Shown piece by piece: positions 31,740-31,836 of a stretch of 31,836 bases of DNA (positions are counted from its first letter, which is position 1; the number at the start of each line of letters is the position of its first letter). The stretch is from a virus. The position numbers and the translations under genes were made by a program. The notes beneath the pieces were generated by a model, which was given only the letters and a program-made list of their open reading frames with translations, searched no databases and was not told the DNA's origin. The stretch is taken from positions 1 to 31,836 of the IMG/VR virus record IMGVR_UViG_3300046525_000085; one strand, given 5' to 3'.

Positions 31740-31836
31740 TTTTGACCTACTTCAATTATTCAATTTCTCTAAAACCCGTATTCATGCGGATTGTTTTAGT
31801 TCACCGTTCCCAACACTGGAATCATTCTAGGTCCAG

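Overview
Most of the window is the + strand late (morphogenesis) region of a temperate siphovirus-type phage or prophage. The style is AT-rich and Acinetobacter-like; that taxon is my inference and is not verified.

Layout from left to right:
- 1-2100: an ORF-poor leader with an initiator-type tRNA-Met and about nine + strand intrinsic terminators.
- 2127-3641: small accessory genes, a Vsr/DUF559-like nuclease and an HExxH metallopeptidase.
- 3700-13823: DUF2280-type small terminase, large terminase, DUF935 (Mu gp29-type) portal and a Mu F-type head morphogenesis protein. Then an S78-like prohead protease with a scaffold-like tail, a lambda D-like decoration protein and a lambda E-like major capsid protein. 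Then Mu gp36-like and Mu G-like proteins and the major tail protein.
- 13894-14460: a putative tail chaperone.
- 14461-16425: an unusual moron island (about 2 kb) of secreted and membrane proteins, sitting between the chaperone and the tape measure gene.
- 16447-27815: the tape measure protein and seven tail-tip/fibre genes.
- 27877-29448: a lysis cassette of holin, SAR-type GH24 endolysin, a Cys/His-rich protein and embedded Rz/Rz1-type spanins.
- 29555-31739: a convergent, visibly much more AT-rich minus-strand cassette. It encodes a 186-aa soluble protein, a 348-aa protein with two N-terminal TM helices, and a 72-aa ORF. I recognise no catalytic or family motif in any of them.

The minus-strand cassette is my best candidate for an undescribed system, possibly a defence or abortive-infection module. 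I saw no CRISPR array, rRNA, integrase, transposase or reverse transcriptase. All homology statements come from motif recognition by eye, not from database searches.
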